Shown: positions 1 through 9,972 of the stretch, piece after piece
Layout: the number at the start of each line of letters is the position of its first letter
Numbering within the stretch: position 1 is the stretch's first letter
Assembly: GCA_043813875.1 (NCBI GenBank)
Contig: JBDRKP010000034.1
Span: 1-31,711, forward strand
Reading direction: 5' to 3'
Source: an archaeon
GTDB lineage: Archaea > EX4484-52 > B79-G9
Length of the DNA: 31,711 nucleotides
Made by a program: the position numbers and the translations under genes
Notes under the pieces: model-generated
The model's input: only the letters and a program-made list of their open reading frames with translations
The model's database searches: none
What the model was told of the DNA's origin: nothing

Positions 1-259
1 TCCTGCTGGGACTATGTATATTTTGTTTCAGAACTTCTGACATAGATGCGCAGAGCCAAGGCAGCTAATTACACTCAGGAAAACAAACCCCGCAATTCTC
101 AAAAAAATCACTCCCTATAGGCCGTTCTGACTCGAAAAACGCAAAAGTCAGTGTGAAGAGAGTAATCAAATACTAACCAAATACTAATTTCTACTAAATT
201 AGTAGTTGTGAATAAAATATGTGATATCCTCTTTGGAATGAAACTGGTTTCATTATATT

Positions 260-296
260 CTGGTTGACGAGCTGGTTGACGCAAAGGTTGACGCAA
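260..296. repeat. Three tandem imperfect copies of a 12-bp unit with core GGTTGACG
   Basis: ctggttgacgag-ctggttgacgca-aaggttgacgcaa, read directly about 75-110 bp upstream of the MNT gene. Confidence 0.7.
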
Positions 297-338
297 ATTT
301 GGAATATCTGCCTTGTTTTATGGCCTCGAACCAAAATC

Positions 339-347
339 TTTAAATAA
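339..347 (+). promoter_or_regulatory. Archaeal TATA box for the MNT-HEPN operon (probably leaderless)
   Basis: TTTAAATAA about 25 nt upstream of ATG 371, with an A-rich BRE-like stretch (gaaccaaaa) before it. Confidence 0.5.
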
Positions 348-370
348 ACCATGTATTCTAAATAATACGT

Positions 371-967
371 ATGTATGAAAAACTAAACATCACCGAAAAT
401 CATCTTCAGGCATTAACCTTATTCACAAGAGGCTTTGACCGCGAGTATTATATAAGGGAAGTACAGAAACTCTTGAAGATCAGCCCAAGAACCGCGCAAC
501 TAATCCTCAATGACCTCGAAAAGAAAGCAGTCCTCGAATCAAAACTAAAAGGAAAAATAAGAACTTACCGTCTGAAGAACACTCAGTCAGCAATAGACTA
601 TCTCATCATCGCCGAACAATACAAAAAAATATCCTTCCTTGAAAACAAGCCCATGATAAAAGAGATAATAACAAAAATAACCCCCTCTATCACTGGCATA
701 GGCCTGATATTTGGAAGCTACGCAAAAGGCCTGCAAAAAAAAGAATCAGATCTGGACATATTCATTGCTGGCGATTATGACAAAAACACAATCAAAAAAA
801 CATCAGAACTCTACGGCATAGAACTAAGCGCCAAATCATACCCGCGAGAAATATTTGAAAAAGAAATAAAAAGAGACATCCTTCTAAAAGAAATCCAGAA
901 CGACCACATAATCTTTCAGGACGCAGAAAGATTCATAAAAACCGCAATGGTGACGACAAATGGATAA
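371..967 (+). CDS. wHTH + minimal nucleotidyltransferase (MNT) antitoxin
   Basis: N-terminal HTH (YYIREVQKLLKISPRTAQLILNDLEKK); Pol-beta NTase motif FGSYAKG...ESDLD; overlaps the downstream HEPN gene by 8 bp. Confidence 0.9.
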   Translation: MYEKLNITENHLQALTLFTRGFDREYYIREVQKLLKISPRTAQLILNDLEKKAVLESKLKGKIRTYRLKNTQSAIDYLIIAEQYKKISFLENKPMIKEIITKITPSITGIGLIFGSYAKGLQKKESDLDIFIAGDYDKNTIKKTSELYGIELSAKSYPREIFEKEIKRDILLKEIQNDHIIFQDAERFIKTAMVTTNG

Positions 968-1460
968 AATAGACTGGTGCATAAGACAAAAAGGCGGAAT
1001 AAGCCTGGTTGAGCCAAACCCTAACCTTGCAGGAGCCTACCTCAAAAAAGCAGAAGATGCCCTCGAATCAATGAGAATCAACACCATAAAAGAGTGGAAA
1101 ATCTCAACCGCCTACTACACAATGTACTTCTCGCTTTACGCAATACTTGTAAGGACAGGAATAAAATGCGAAATTCATGCATGCACATTAGAATTCGCAA
1201 AACAATTCCTAAACGGCATCTTCAGCCCGCAGGATATCGAATTCTTAAAGGACTCGCTGAAAGCAAGAATCGATGCCCAATATTATGTAAACAGGAACGT
1301 TCCTGACACCCAGTTTAATGATATGGTAAAAAAAGCCCCTGAATATTTTGTAAAATCCAAAAACATTCTCGAAAAAATGGACGAAAAGAAAATAAATGAA
1401 ATAAGAATCATGCTCAGGGAAAGACTGAAAACTCACAGCAGTTCTAAGCATACAAAATAG
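960..1460 (+). CDS. HEPN domain protein (toxin of MNT-HEPN module)
   Basis: YLKKAEDAL, STAYYTMY, H(ACT), and R-x4-Y motif (RIDAQY); translationally coupled to MNT. Confidence 0.88.
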   Translation: MDKIDWCIRQKGGISLVEPNPNLAGAYLKKAEDALESMRINTIKEWKISTAYYTMYFSLYAILVRTGIKCEIHACTLEFAKQFLNGIFSPQDIEFLKDSLKARIDAQYYVNRNVPDTQFNDMVKKAPEYFVKSKNILEKMDEKKINEIRIMLRERLKTHSSSKHTK

Positions 1461-1566
1461 AATTAGCAAAAAACGATGCGTAAGCTTATAAATCTTCAAA
1501 ATCAACCAACAACTGTCCAATTCCCTTTGTGGAGCATATTCTCTTTTATCTGCCGGGGCTATAATC

Positions 1567-2202
1567 CTACTTCTTCCTATGTTTCTTCAGATAACCCTCT
1601 GCAATCTCTGCAACCGAATCCTTAAGCCCGAGCCCGACAGCGATCGCAAAACCAAGCCCTGCGGATCCCAGGATGACAAGCGTTATTGCGCTGATAAGGA
1701 ACGTATCGATCCCCAGAATAGAAAGGGACATCACAATGCCGATAAGCACAAGAATAAAAAACACTCCCTGACCGACGATGCTCGAATATATCTCCTTATC
1801 ACCGAAAATCTCATCCTTTATGTATGTCCCGATCACATAGATTAGAAACAAGACGACACCGGCTTCAATAATCGTAGGCATGAAACTGATGAGATTCTGT
1901 ATCTGGACAGCGACAGCATCAAGACGCCCAAGCTGCCCTACAGCCACTTGCAGGACAATGAGCATCAGATACCATTTTACCACAGTACCGATAAGAGAAC
2001 TTAATCTGATAGGTGTCTTCCCTTTCTCTGTGATATACCTGTCTACCTTAAGCTCAACCAGCGTCTTTCTTACAACATAGGCGATAGTGACAGCAATGAT
2101 GTATCCGAGAACCAAAATGGCTATCGCATAAAACGCATCAACCGAATTCCTGACCAAAGCATCCTTTATCCCTTCAATGAACATATTCGCTGGTTCTGCC
2201 AT
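1567..2202 (-). CDS. Membrane protein with TM-helix repeats of the MscS N-terminal/CmpX-like family
   Basis: About 5 hydrophobic helices; AIAILVLGYIIA, FMPTIIEAGVVL, and GFAIAVGLGLKD motifs typical of this family. Confidence 0.75.
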   Translation of the reverse strand: MAEPANMFIEGIKDALVRNSVDAFYAIAILVLGYIIAVTIAYVVRKTLVELKVDRYITEKGKTPIRLSSLIGTVVKWYLMLIVLQVAVGQLGRLDAVAVQIQNLISFMPTIIEAGVVLFLIYVIGTYIKDEIFGDKEIYSSIVGQGVFFILVLIGIVMSLSILGIDTFLISAITLVILGSAGLGFAIAVGLGLKDSVAEIAEGYLKKHRKK

Positions 2203-2478
2203 ATCTAATCACCAATATTCCATTACTATTAACTAAATTCATTACTATTGATTAAAAAAACTATATATAGTTTGCATCATGCTTGGCCGCAGATCTTTAG
2301 ACCGATAGAAATATTGGCAGTTAGATATTGTGGATTTAATCAGTAAGACATGTCATCAGAATATCTTAAGATTCACTGTATTTGATGAGAATAAATTACC
2401 CCTGGATGTCTATATCTATAAATATAAGTGCGACATATTATTATCTATTAAATTTTTGAATAAATCTGGGTATGTATT

Positions 2479-5400
2479 ATGAAGCAAAAGCATCTGATGT
2501 CAGGATTCATGCTGGTTATGCTGCTTACCATCTTCTCATCGCCTGTGCAATCATACAATGGTCCCAAGGCCTATCTGACAGAAACGGTTATAGGAAATTA
2601 CGACACTACAGGTCTTGACGGCGCAAGCGGCACCCCCCAAGCACTCACCCGCGAGGGCTACATCGATGTCTCAGTACCCAACACAGACGACGTGCTCCAA
2701 TACGTCCGGCTGAACCTTTCATCAAATACAGACGCGCGCACAAGCATAGAGAGATGGAACGGCACACTCACAGCATACCGCGACTATGCCATGTCTAACC
2801 CCACATTATCGACCCGTACCAGGATGTACGTAAACACGACATCAGGAAACCAGCAGCTGACCTACATCCCCGACTACGACTGGGCTCCGCCCATAAACCT
2901 TTCGATGATAGTCATCAACACGAAAGGCGGAAACGACCTTTATTCGATAAACAACACCGAAACCTCCATAAACACGATGTTCTTCAACTTCACGATAAGA
3001 AATGATGCCGGTGCAGGTAATAAGAACTATGCCGGCTCAAACGTCACAGTGACAATAAGATTCAACGAGGCCTCGGCTGCCCAGTCCTCCGCAAGCATAG
3101 ACTACACGACCTTATCCGCAACAAGCGGCACAGCAACCGCATCAAACAGCGGCGGCGGCAACGACAACGACACAATCACATGGCAGGGACCTCTGAACGC
3201 TAACACCGAAATATACGTCACATTCAACGCCACAATCGAGGGCACAACAAACTACATAGGAAAAACAAACAACCTGAACGGCGAGACATCAACAATCGGC
3301 ACGCGCGCCACATACACCAACAGCACCGCAGTCCTGTCAGAGATAACATTCACCGCCAGATTCGCAAGAGGCCCGATAAGAGAAGGCATCGACCTTATGA
3401 AAAGCACCAACTGGATTGTAAAATCATTCATAAGAAACATGGGTAATGCATCCGTCGCCTCAGGCGAATACAACCTCACATACAATGTAACCTCGTGGCG
3501 CATCTACAACGTCACAGGATCGACCGGTTCAATAGACCAACAGATAAGCAGCAACAACAACTTAAACTACCTCCTTGGCGCAGGTGATGAATACAAGATA
3601 CCTTCATGGGAAACAGCATCCTCCGCGGCAGACAAACCCTACATCGCCCCCTACTTCGACTGGTACGTCCTCTGGAACGAGACCGATCCATACGTCTACA
3701 GCGGCACACTAAACATTACAATGCAGTTGCCCACCCTCTATGAGATTGACGACATCGCCACAAAAATAACTCCGGACACATTCACCCCGGATGTAATTAA
3801 TACCCTGCTATTGAGATACAACATAACAGCCATTCACAACGGCGCATCCGACAACGAGGTAAAATCAGGCAAAATCCGGATTTATTCCATCATCCCCAAC
3901 AAAGACACAAGCAACGGCGGCTATGCGAACATGACCATAAGGAACCCGGTAGTTTACTATGAGAACGGCACCGGGACATATAATCTGACTATCGACGGCA
4001 CCAATGTGAAAGTAACCACAACCCAATCAACCGCATCTTCAAACGGCAGCATTGTATTAGACATAGCAAACCTTGCAGCCGCTTCAATCTACACGGGCGG
4101 GACAGTCGGTCAAAACCTGACAACTACCCACAAAATCATCTTGTATTACGAACTCTGGACATATGATAACGGCAGCACAACCTCCGGCATAGACAATGGA
4201 GAATGGTTCCATTTCGATGGCAACCAGACCCTCTGGTCCCAGTCAGGCACTCCGGTGACCGTATCCGATTCCGAATTGAAATTAGCTTCACAGAACAGCC
4301 TTAACGCCTGGAAGCAATTGATAAGCTACAATCCATCAACCCCGGAACTTGTGAACGTCACAATAAACTTAAGCACCATAGGCACAATCGAAAACATCAA
4401 ATTTGTAGACTACCTGCCAACTGGCATCACAAACACAACCCCCATCCGGATCATATCCGGTGGCACTCCTTGGTATGAAAACATCCATTATAACCGGACA
4501 AACCTCGGAACGGCCATTACAAGCGACGGCCTGAACGTCACAGTATGGGAATACACGAACGTGACACCCAACGGTGACGGTTGGAACTTCACAGATGACT
4601 ATCTCTCACTGGAATATCAGATGAACATCTCATCAGCAGGCGTCTATGTTCTACCCGTACAGATTGCTGCATTCGACCCTGGCGTAAACCAGGGAATCGA
4701 ATTGACACGATATGGCGTGATAAAAATAATAGTCCCGGAAAAGCAATTACCACTCTTGATAAACGAGGATGAGGATTTGACCATGGCAAAAACCATAATC
4801 GTTGGAAAAACTGCAGTATTCAGGAAATCCGTTACGATTTACAACAGGAACAACAGGCCGACAAAATCCCAGTTCAGGACAGAGGTATTCAAAGATGCCG
4901 TATCTACATATGTCGGTTATTATGATATATACGGTAAAAGCATAGACGAATCCGTTCAGATGGACATGGTTGACAACCAGATGTATGCCAATTGGGAAAC
5001 CACGATAGGTCCGTCTGAGTCAAGAACCTACGAGATTCGCGTATTGACCCCGCCGGTTATAGAAGTCGACCGCAACGTAGACGTGTTGGAAAAACTGGAA
5101 AACAAGCATGTAAAGCTGGAAGCGGAAATAATACTGAAAAACTTTGCAGAAGAGAGATACAAAAACGTTCAGATGATTGTGCCTATATCATCAAAAAACA
5201 TATTTTCAATCAAAGATTCGTTTGACAATGATTTGGACTACACCGGGGACACCGGCATAACGATGATCCATCTTGGCGATTTTGAAAAAAATTCCGTTAA
5301 GACAATAAAGATCACCTATAAGGAAAGTTATCCGACAATAATAATCACTCCTGACAGGACTCGCTACGACTCCGGTAAGATAGCTAGTCTGGAGATACTT

Positions 5401-5748
5401 GTTATCAACGGCGGCGAAAAAATAGAAGACCCTTACTTTGAAACCGAGATATACACAGAGCAGCTTGATTTAATGTATGCGGACATCCTGAAGCTTCAAA
5501 CCTCGCTGGAACCGTTAGAAAAAAGCAGCTTGGCAACAAAATGGAAAATCCCTCTGAATGCGCCGACAGGCAAGTATCTTGCAAACGTCCGTTTTCGCGA
5601 GGATTTCGCAACAATCAGTGAATCTTCAATCAATTTCTATGTCTTGGGAGAAAGAAGCTCAAAATCAAATATCCTGACAATCCTCCTCATAATTTTAGGC
5701 GCCTCTATAATCTACTTCTTATACACCAGACACAAGAAAAAGCCATAA
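2479..5748 (+). CDS. Large secreted, C-terminally anchored cell-surface (S-layer-like) glycoprotein
   Basis: Signal peptide (MKQKHLMSGFMLVMLLTIFSSPVQS), T/N/S-rich beta-type sequence, about 30 N-x-S/T sequons, C-terminal TM helix followed by TRHKKKP. Confidence 0.8.
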   Translation: MKQKHLMSGFMLVMLLTIFSSPVQSYNGPKAYLTETVIGNYDTTGLDGASGTPQALTREGYIDVSVPNTDDVLQYVRLNLSSNTDARTSIERWNGTLTAYRDYAMSNPTLSTRTRMYVNTTSGNQQLTYIPDYDWAPPINLSMIVINTKGGNDLYSINNTETSINTMFFNFTIRNDAGAGNKNYAGSNVTVTIRFNEASAAQSSASIDYTTLSATSGTATASNSGGGNDNDTITWQGPLNANTEIYVTFNATIEGTTNYIGKTNNLNGETSTIGTRATYTNSTAVLSEITFTARFARGPIREGIDLMKSTNWIVKSFIRNMGNASVASGEYNLTYNVTSWRIYNVTGSTGSIDQQISSNNNLNYLLGAGDEYKIPSWETASSAADKPYIAPYFDWYVLWNETDPYVYSGTLNITMQLPTLYEIDDIATKITPDTFTPDVINTLLLRYNITAIHNGASDNEVKSGKIRIYSIIPNKDTSNGGYANMTIRNPVVYYENGTGTYNLTIDGTNVKVTTTQSTASSNGSIVLDIANLAAASIYTGGTVGQNLTTTHKIILYYELWTYDNGSTTSGIDNGEWFHFDGNQTLWSQSGTPVTVSDSELKLASQNSLNAWKQLISYNPSTPELVNVTINLSTIGTIENIKFVDYLPTGITNTTPIRIISGGTPWYENIHYNRTNLGTAITSDGLNVTVWEYTNVTPNGDGWNFTDDYLSLEYQMNISSAGVYVLPVQIAAFDPGVNQGIELTRYGVIKIIVPEKQLPLLINEDEDLTMAKTIIVGKTAVFRKSVTIYNRNNRPTKSQFRTEVFKDAVSTYVGYYDIYGKSIDESVQMDMVDNQMYANWETTIGPSESRTYEIRVLTPPVIEVDRNVDVLEKLENKHVKLEAEIILKNFAEERYKNVQMIVPISSKNIFSIKDSFDNDLDYTGDTGITMIHLGDFEKNSVKTIKITYKESYPTIIITPDRTRYDSGKIASLEILVINGGEKIEDPYFETEIYTEQLDLMYADILKLQTSLEPLEKSSLATKWKIPLNAPTGKYLANVRFREDFATISESSINFYVLGERSSKSNILTILLIILGASIIYFLYTRHKKKP

Positions 5749-5829
5749 ATACTGGATTTCTGTCAATCGCATACCTGTTTATACAAAACCTAACCTCGAT
5801 ATTTTTTTGAATTCACATCATTTATCTGA

Positions 5830-5962
5830 ACTTTTGCGTTTTTTGCCTTGAGACATTATATTTAAGCCATAGCATATCGTTTTTAGAATAAGTTACGGTT
5901 TTACAGGTTGTACGAACGGTTTCGATTGCAGTTGACTAATTTAGCTCGGAAAACGCAAAAGT
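5830..5962. repeat. 13-bp perfect inverted repeat (ACTTTTGCGTTTT ... AAAACGCAAAAGT) in an intergenic region
   Basis: Arms at 5830-5842 and 5950-5962; a third copy of the motif lies at 131-149. Confidence 0.7.
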
Positions 5963-6028
5963 CTAGTTATCAAAAATTATCTATTTTATCAATAAACTAT
6001 ATATACTAGTTTCATTCATAATAAACCT

Positions 6029-6910
6029 ATGACATTAGATTTCAAGAAAGCAATAATTTCATCGCTAAATTATTCGATTAATATCCGCAAACTCCCCTAC
6101 TATTTCGTCTTCCAGATATTTGCATTGATTTTGATTTTTTATCCGTTGATCAATCTGATAGAAGTGACCTACAGTAACGGGCTGTTTGATAATACGACCC
6201 CGGACCCGCAAGTGGTTGACACTATCATAGAATCCTTCGGGTACTTCTTTTTATCCATCGTATTGGTATTGATAATCAGTTCGTTATTGACTCCGACTTT
6301 CATCTATAATTATACGCAGTACAGACACAAGAAAGATGATTCCTTGAAAAGCAGTTTTGAATATGCAAAGCCATACATTCTGACCGTTTTTGGCGCATTC
6401 ATAACCCTGGCCTTTTTGACGAACATAATCGGCGGTATAATCTCGATGATAAGTCCTGCTCTCGGGCGCGTGGTATCTTTCCTCTTGAGCTTGATTTTCA
6501 TCTTTGTGATACAGGACATCATCATCAAAAAAAGCAGCATTTCAAAAAGTCTCGTTTCATCTTACACTTATGTAAGCAAAAACCTTTTTGCAGTCATACT
6601 TATATATATCACAACAGGCATTTTTTCGCTGATTCTCATGTTGCTATTTGCAATCCCCCTCATTTCGGTTGTATCAAACTCAATTGCTCCTATTTTTGAG
6701 ATGATTAATCTTGTTGGTGCTCCATATGATAGCGTGCTTGCATCCGGAGTATCATACGGTACTGTGATTACAACAGTTGCCTCTGCAGTAAAATCCAACA
6801 TGGAATTATATCTCGTATCAATCACAACATTACTGCTTGGATGTTCTATAGCCAGATTGTTCAGCATTGCCTTCATAACCGATATCTACCTTCAGTTATC
6901 AAAGAAATGA
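6029..6910 (+). CDS. Uncharacterised polytopic membrane protein
   Basis: About 6 hydrophobic segments with loops such as SLKSSFEYAK and SISKSLVSSY, typical of common archaeal hypothetical membrane proteins; TATA-like tatatatac about 25 nt upstream. Confidence 0.75.
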   Translation: MTLDFKKAIISSLNYSINIRKLPYYFVFQIFALILIFYPLINLIEVTYSNGLFDNTTPDPQVVDTIIESFGYFFLSIVLVLIISSLLTPTFIYNYTQYRHKKDDSLKSSFEYAKPYILTVFGAFITLAFLTNIIGGIISMISPALGRVVSFLLSLIFIFVIQDIIIKKSSISKSLVSSYTYVSKNLFAVILIYITTGIFSLILMLLFAIPLISVVSNSIAPIFEMINLVGAPYDSVLASGVSYGTVITTVASAVKSNMELYLVSITTLLLGCSIARLFSIAFITDIYLQLSKK

Positions 6911-6934
6911 TTTCAGGGTAATCCGGCAAACAAA

Positions 6935-7519
6935 TCAAATTCCATTGACTCTTTCATAATAGGCGAGCTTTCCTTTTTCAATAATGAATTTGCCGATATA
7001 TTCATTGCTGACTTTTAATGACATGCACTTACTTGGCTCGATTTTCTGGAAATATCCCAGGATTGCCTGGATGCATCCGGCATGGGTTACGACAAGCGCC
7101 GCCATGTCCTTATGCCTCTCCTCAAGCTCTTTTAAGAAACCGGCAACCCTTTTTTGAAGTTCCTTGAAACTCTCGCCGCCACGAGGGACAAAATCCGGGT
7201 TTCCTCGAAATCCTGGCGTGTCGATAACCTCGTCAAGCAGTTTTCCATTGAATTCGCCGTAATTCTTCTCACGAAGGCGCTTCTCCCTAACAATCCGGTT
7301 CACAAGTTCAAGTTTCTCTGCGATGACGTGAGCCGTGATGAAAGCGCGTCCAAGATCACTCGAATATATGTGGTCGAACTTCAGTCCTTTAAGTTTCCCT
7401 GCCATCACAAACGCATTCCTGTAACCCTCATCCGTAAGAGGCGTATCGATCTGTCCCTGTATTCTCCTTTGGGCATTGTATTCCGTCTCCCCGTGCCTGA
7501 CAACATAAATCGTGATCAT
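6935..7519 (-). CDS. Histidine phosphatase superfamily protein (phosphoglycerate mutase-like, branch 1)
   Basis: VRHGETEYN catalytic motif, QGQIDTPLT, YSSDLGRA, LREKNYG, GGES, VTHAG; substrate cannot be assigned from motifs. Confidence 0.9.
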   Translation of the reverse strand: MITIYVVRHGETEYNAQRRIQGQIDTPLTDEGYRNAFVMAGKLKGLKFDHIYSSDLGRAFITAHVIAEKLELVNRIVREKRLREKNYGEFNGKLLDEVIDTPGFRGNPDFVPRGGESFKELQKRVAGFLKELEERHKDMAALVVTHAGCIQAILGYFQKIEPSKCMSLKVSNEYIGKFIIEKGKLAYYERVNGI

Positions 7520-7544
7520 AATAGAAACATATCTGCCTTATAAT

Positions 7545-7633
7545 TATAGTTGCTCGCATAACTATTTAGACAAAAATGCGAGCAATCTATATGGAAAAAG
7601 CACATTAATTATAAATGCAATTGTGCTTTTTAC
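7545..7633. repeat. Double-hairpin intergenic element, copy 1
   Basis: 7545-7604 is identical to 20640-20699; inverted repeats TTGCTCGCAT-N16-ATGCGAGCAA and AAAAAGCACA-N17-TGTGCTTTTT. Confidence 0.95.
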
Positions 7634-7715
7634 GATATATGTTTTGCGCCCCCCCATCCCCCCTCTCTCATCCCCATCCATCAAAAATATATGCTGCAAG
7701 CACCATACATCTCTC

Positions 7716-8168
7716 ATGATAATCCGGAAGCTTCAAAAAAAGCACGCAAAAGATGTTACCCGTCTGGTAAGAGACACATTCTCTGAGTTTGTAGCCTCCT
7801 CTTTTAGTGGAAAAGGATCAATAGACTTCCTGTCACAGATTACAGAAGAGAATATAAGCCGATTCAGTGAAGAACGCGATGGTTATGTCGCGATATCGGA
7901 TTCCAGCGTCGTCGGAGTTATAATGTCAAGCCAAAAAAAGATAACCTGTCTGTTTGTAGACAAGAGGTTTCAGAAAAAAGGCATAGCCGCCGCGCTCACA
8001 AGAAAAGTTGAGACTCTCTTCAAAAAAAGAGGTCTAAAATCAATCACCTGCAGGTCCTCTTTATATGCGGTGCCGTTCTACGAAAAGATGGGCTTCAAAA
8101 AGACAAGAGGCATAGTGAGGCACAAATTGGGCTTCACATACCAGCCCATGAAAAAAGAACTTCCATGA
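7716..8168 (+). CDS. GNAT-family N-acetyltransferase
   Basis: Acetyl-CoA motif LFVDKRFQKKGIA and SSLYAVPFYEKMGF; true start taken as ATG 7716 (MIIRKL). Confidence 0.9.
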   Translation: MIIRKLQKKHAKDVTRLVRDTFSEFVASSFSGKGSIDFLSQITEENISRFSEERDGYVAISDSSVVGVIMSSQKKITCLFVDKRFQKKGIAAALTRKVETLFKKRGLKSITCRSSLYAVPFYEKMGFKKTRGIVRHKLGFTYQPMKKELP

Positions 8169-8296
8169 TTTTTCTCCCCCGTATACGCACATGAACATAA
8201 ACTATATAAAATTTAGCTTTGAATAGAATATCCTGAAAAACCACACACATTTGTTCTTAAAAAGACACTAAAACATTAGATGGAGGATTGATTGAT

Positions 8297-9943
8297 ATGA
8301 GCGGACAAGGACAACAGCCTATCTTCATATTGCCGGAAGGCGCTTTTAGAGACACAGGCAAATCAGCGCAGCGGTCAAACATCGCAGCAGCAAAAGCGGT
8401 TGCAGATGCAGTAAGATCAACACTGGGCCCGAAAGGCATGGACAAGATGCTGACAGACAGCCTGGGCGACGTAGTTATAACAAACGATGGCGTGACCATC
8501 TTAGAAGAGATGGAAATCCAGCACCCTGCAGCCAAGATGATTGTCGAGGTCGCAAAGACCATGGACAAGGAAGTAGGTGACGGAACCACTACAGCAACAG
8601 TACTAGCAGGCAGCCTCTTAAAGGAAGCAGAGTTTCTTCTTGACCAGAACATCCACCCGATAATGATAGCACGCGGATACAGGATTGCAAAAGAGAAAGC
8701 TCTTGAAGTGCTGAACAGGATCGCAACAACCGTCACAGTGAAAGACAAAAAGATACTTGAAGAGATTGCGATGACCGCGATGACAGGAAAAGGTGCAGAA
8801 TCATCAAAAGATTACCTTGCAAAGATTGCGGTCGACGCAGTCGTATCAGTAGCTGATGAAAGCAACGGTAAAGCCACAGTTGACTTGGACAACGTGAAAA
8901 TCGAAAAGAAAGCAGGCGCATCAACAGACCAGACCGAGCTTGTGAAAGGGCTTCTGATTGACAAAGAGCGCGTCCACTCAGGCATGCCGAAACTCGTCAA
9001 GAACGCAAAAATAGCTCTTCTTGATGCGGCACTCGAGATAAAGGAATCAGAAACAGACGCACAGATAAGAATCACCGACCCGAGCCAGATGCAGGCATTT
9101 GTAGCTCAGGAAGAAAAGATGCTGAAAGACATGGTCGAAAAAGTAAAGAAAAGCGGTGCAACAGTCATGTTCTGCCAGAAAGGCATTGATGACCTCGCAC
9201 AGCACTATCTTTCAAAAGCAGGCATCTACGCAGCACGAAGAGTAAAGAAATCCGACATGGAAGCTTTAGCACGTGCAACAGGCGCACGCCTTGTCACAAA
9301 CCTCGACGATCTTGAAGCAAAAGACCTTGGATTTGCCGGCATAGTAGAAGAGAAAAAAATAGCAGGCGACGAGATGACATTCATCCGTGAATGCAAGGAC
9401 CCAAAAGCAGTATCGATCCTCGTAAGAGGCGGAACAGAGCACGTGGTCGACGAAGTCGAGCGGGCAATGAAAGACGCGGTAGGCGGCGTGGCAGCAGCAA
9501 TCGAGGTAGGCAAATTCGTAGCCGGCGGCGGTTCACCCGAAGCAGAGGTTGCAAAAGAGCTCAGAGCATACGCAAACAAGGTCGGCGGCAGGGAGCAGCT
9601 TGCAGTCAATGCATTCGCGAACGCGCTCGAGATCATCCCGAGGACGCTAGCAGAAAACGCAGGCCTTGACCCTATAGACATTCTGGTCGAACTTCGTGCC
9701 CAGCACGAGAAAGGTAAAGTCGGCGCAGGCGTCGACGTCTTCACCGGCAAGGTAGAAGACATGCTTGCAAAGCACGTTGCAGAACCATTGAAGATCAAGA
9801 CACAGGCAATATCTTCAGCATCCGAGGCAGCAGAGATGATCTTAAGGATCGACGACGTCATAATTGCATCCAAGCTATCCGGTGGCGGAGGAATGCCAGG
9901 CGGTATGGGCGGGATGCCACCAGACATGGGCGGCATGATGTAG
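8297..9943 (+). CDS. ths: Thermosome subunit (group II chaperonin)
   Basis: [43 protein letters not shown]-terminal GGM repeats; SD ggagga upstream of ATG 8297. Confidence 0.98.
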   Translation: MSGQGQQPIFILPEGAFRDTGKSAQRSNIAAAKAVADAVRSTLGPKGMDKMLTDSLGDVVITNDGVTILEEMEIQHPAAKMIVEVAKTMDKEVGDGTTTATVLAGSLLKEAEFLLDQNIHPIMIARGYRIAKEKALEVLNRIATTVTVKDKKILEEIAMTAMTGKGAESSKDYLAKIAVDAVVSVADESNGKATVDLDNVKIEKKAGASTDQTELVKGLLIDKERVHSGMPKLVKNAKIALLDAALEIKESETDAQIRITDPSQMQAFVAQEEKMLKDMVEKVKKSGATVMFCQKGIDDLAQHYLSKAGIYAARRVKKSDMEALARATGARLVTNLDDLEAKDLGFAGIVEEKKIAGDEMTFIRECKDPKAVSILVRGGTEHVVDEVERAMKDAVGGVAAAIEVGKFVAGGGSPEAEVAKELRAYANKVGGREQLAVNAFANALEIIPRTLAENAGLDPIDILVELRAQHEKGKVGAGVDVFTGKVEDMLAKHVAEPLKIKTQAISSASEAAEMILRIDDVIIASKLSGGGGMPGGMGGMPPDMGGMM

Positions 9944-9972
9944 ATTTAGTATTGACAAATGTATTAAACAAG

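Noticed and set aside
1..70. Possible end of an upstream gene
   Set aside because: Too short to assign a frame or product.
108..296. 62-aa minus-strand ORF (MRQPLRQPARQP)
   Set aside because: TTG start inside a tandem repeat, no recognisable domain, and it lies in a promoter region.
7545..7633. CRISPR repeat, tRNA or integron attC
   Set aside because: Only two distant copies, no repeat-spacer periodicity, no cloverleaf, no clear RYYYAAC/GTTRRRY boundaries and no integrase.
7512..7715. N-terminal extension of the GNAT ORF
   Set aside because: It runs through the non-coding repeat and C-tracts; the domain begins at ATG 7716. Similar spurious extensions were trimmed for aIF5A, U32, ligase, S2P, thermosome and ppsA.
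9881..9940. GGC/ATG-rich repeat
   Set aside because: Ordinary GGM tail of chaperonins.
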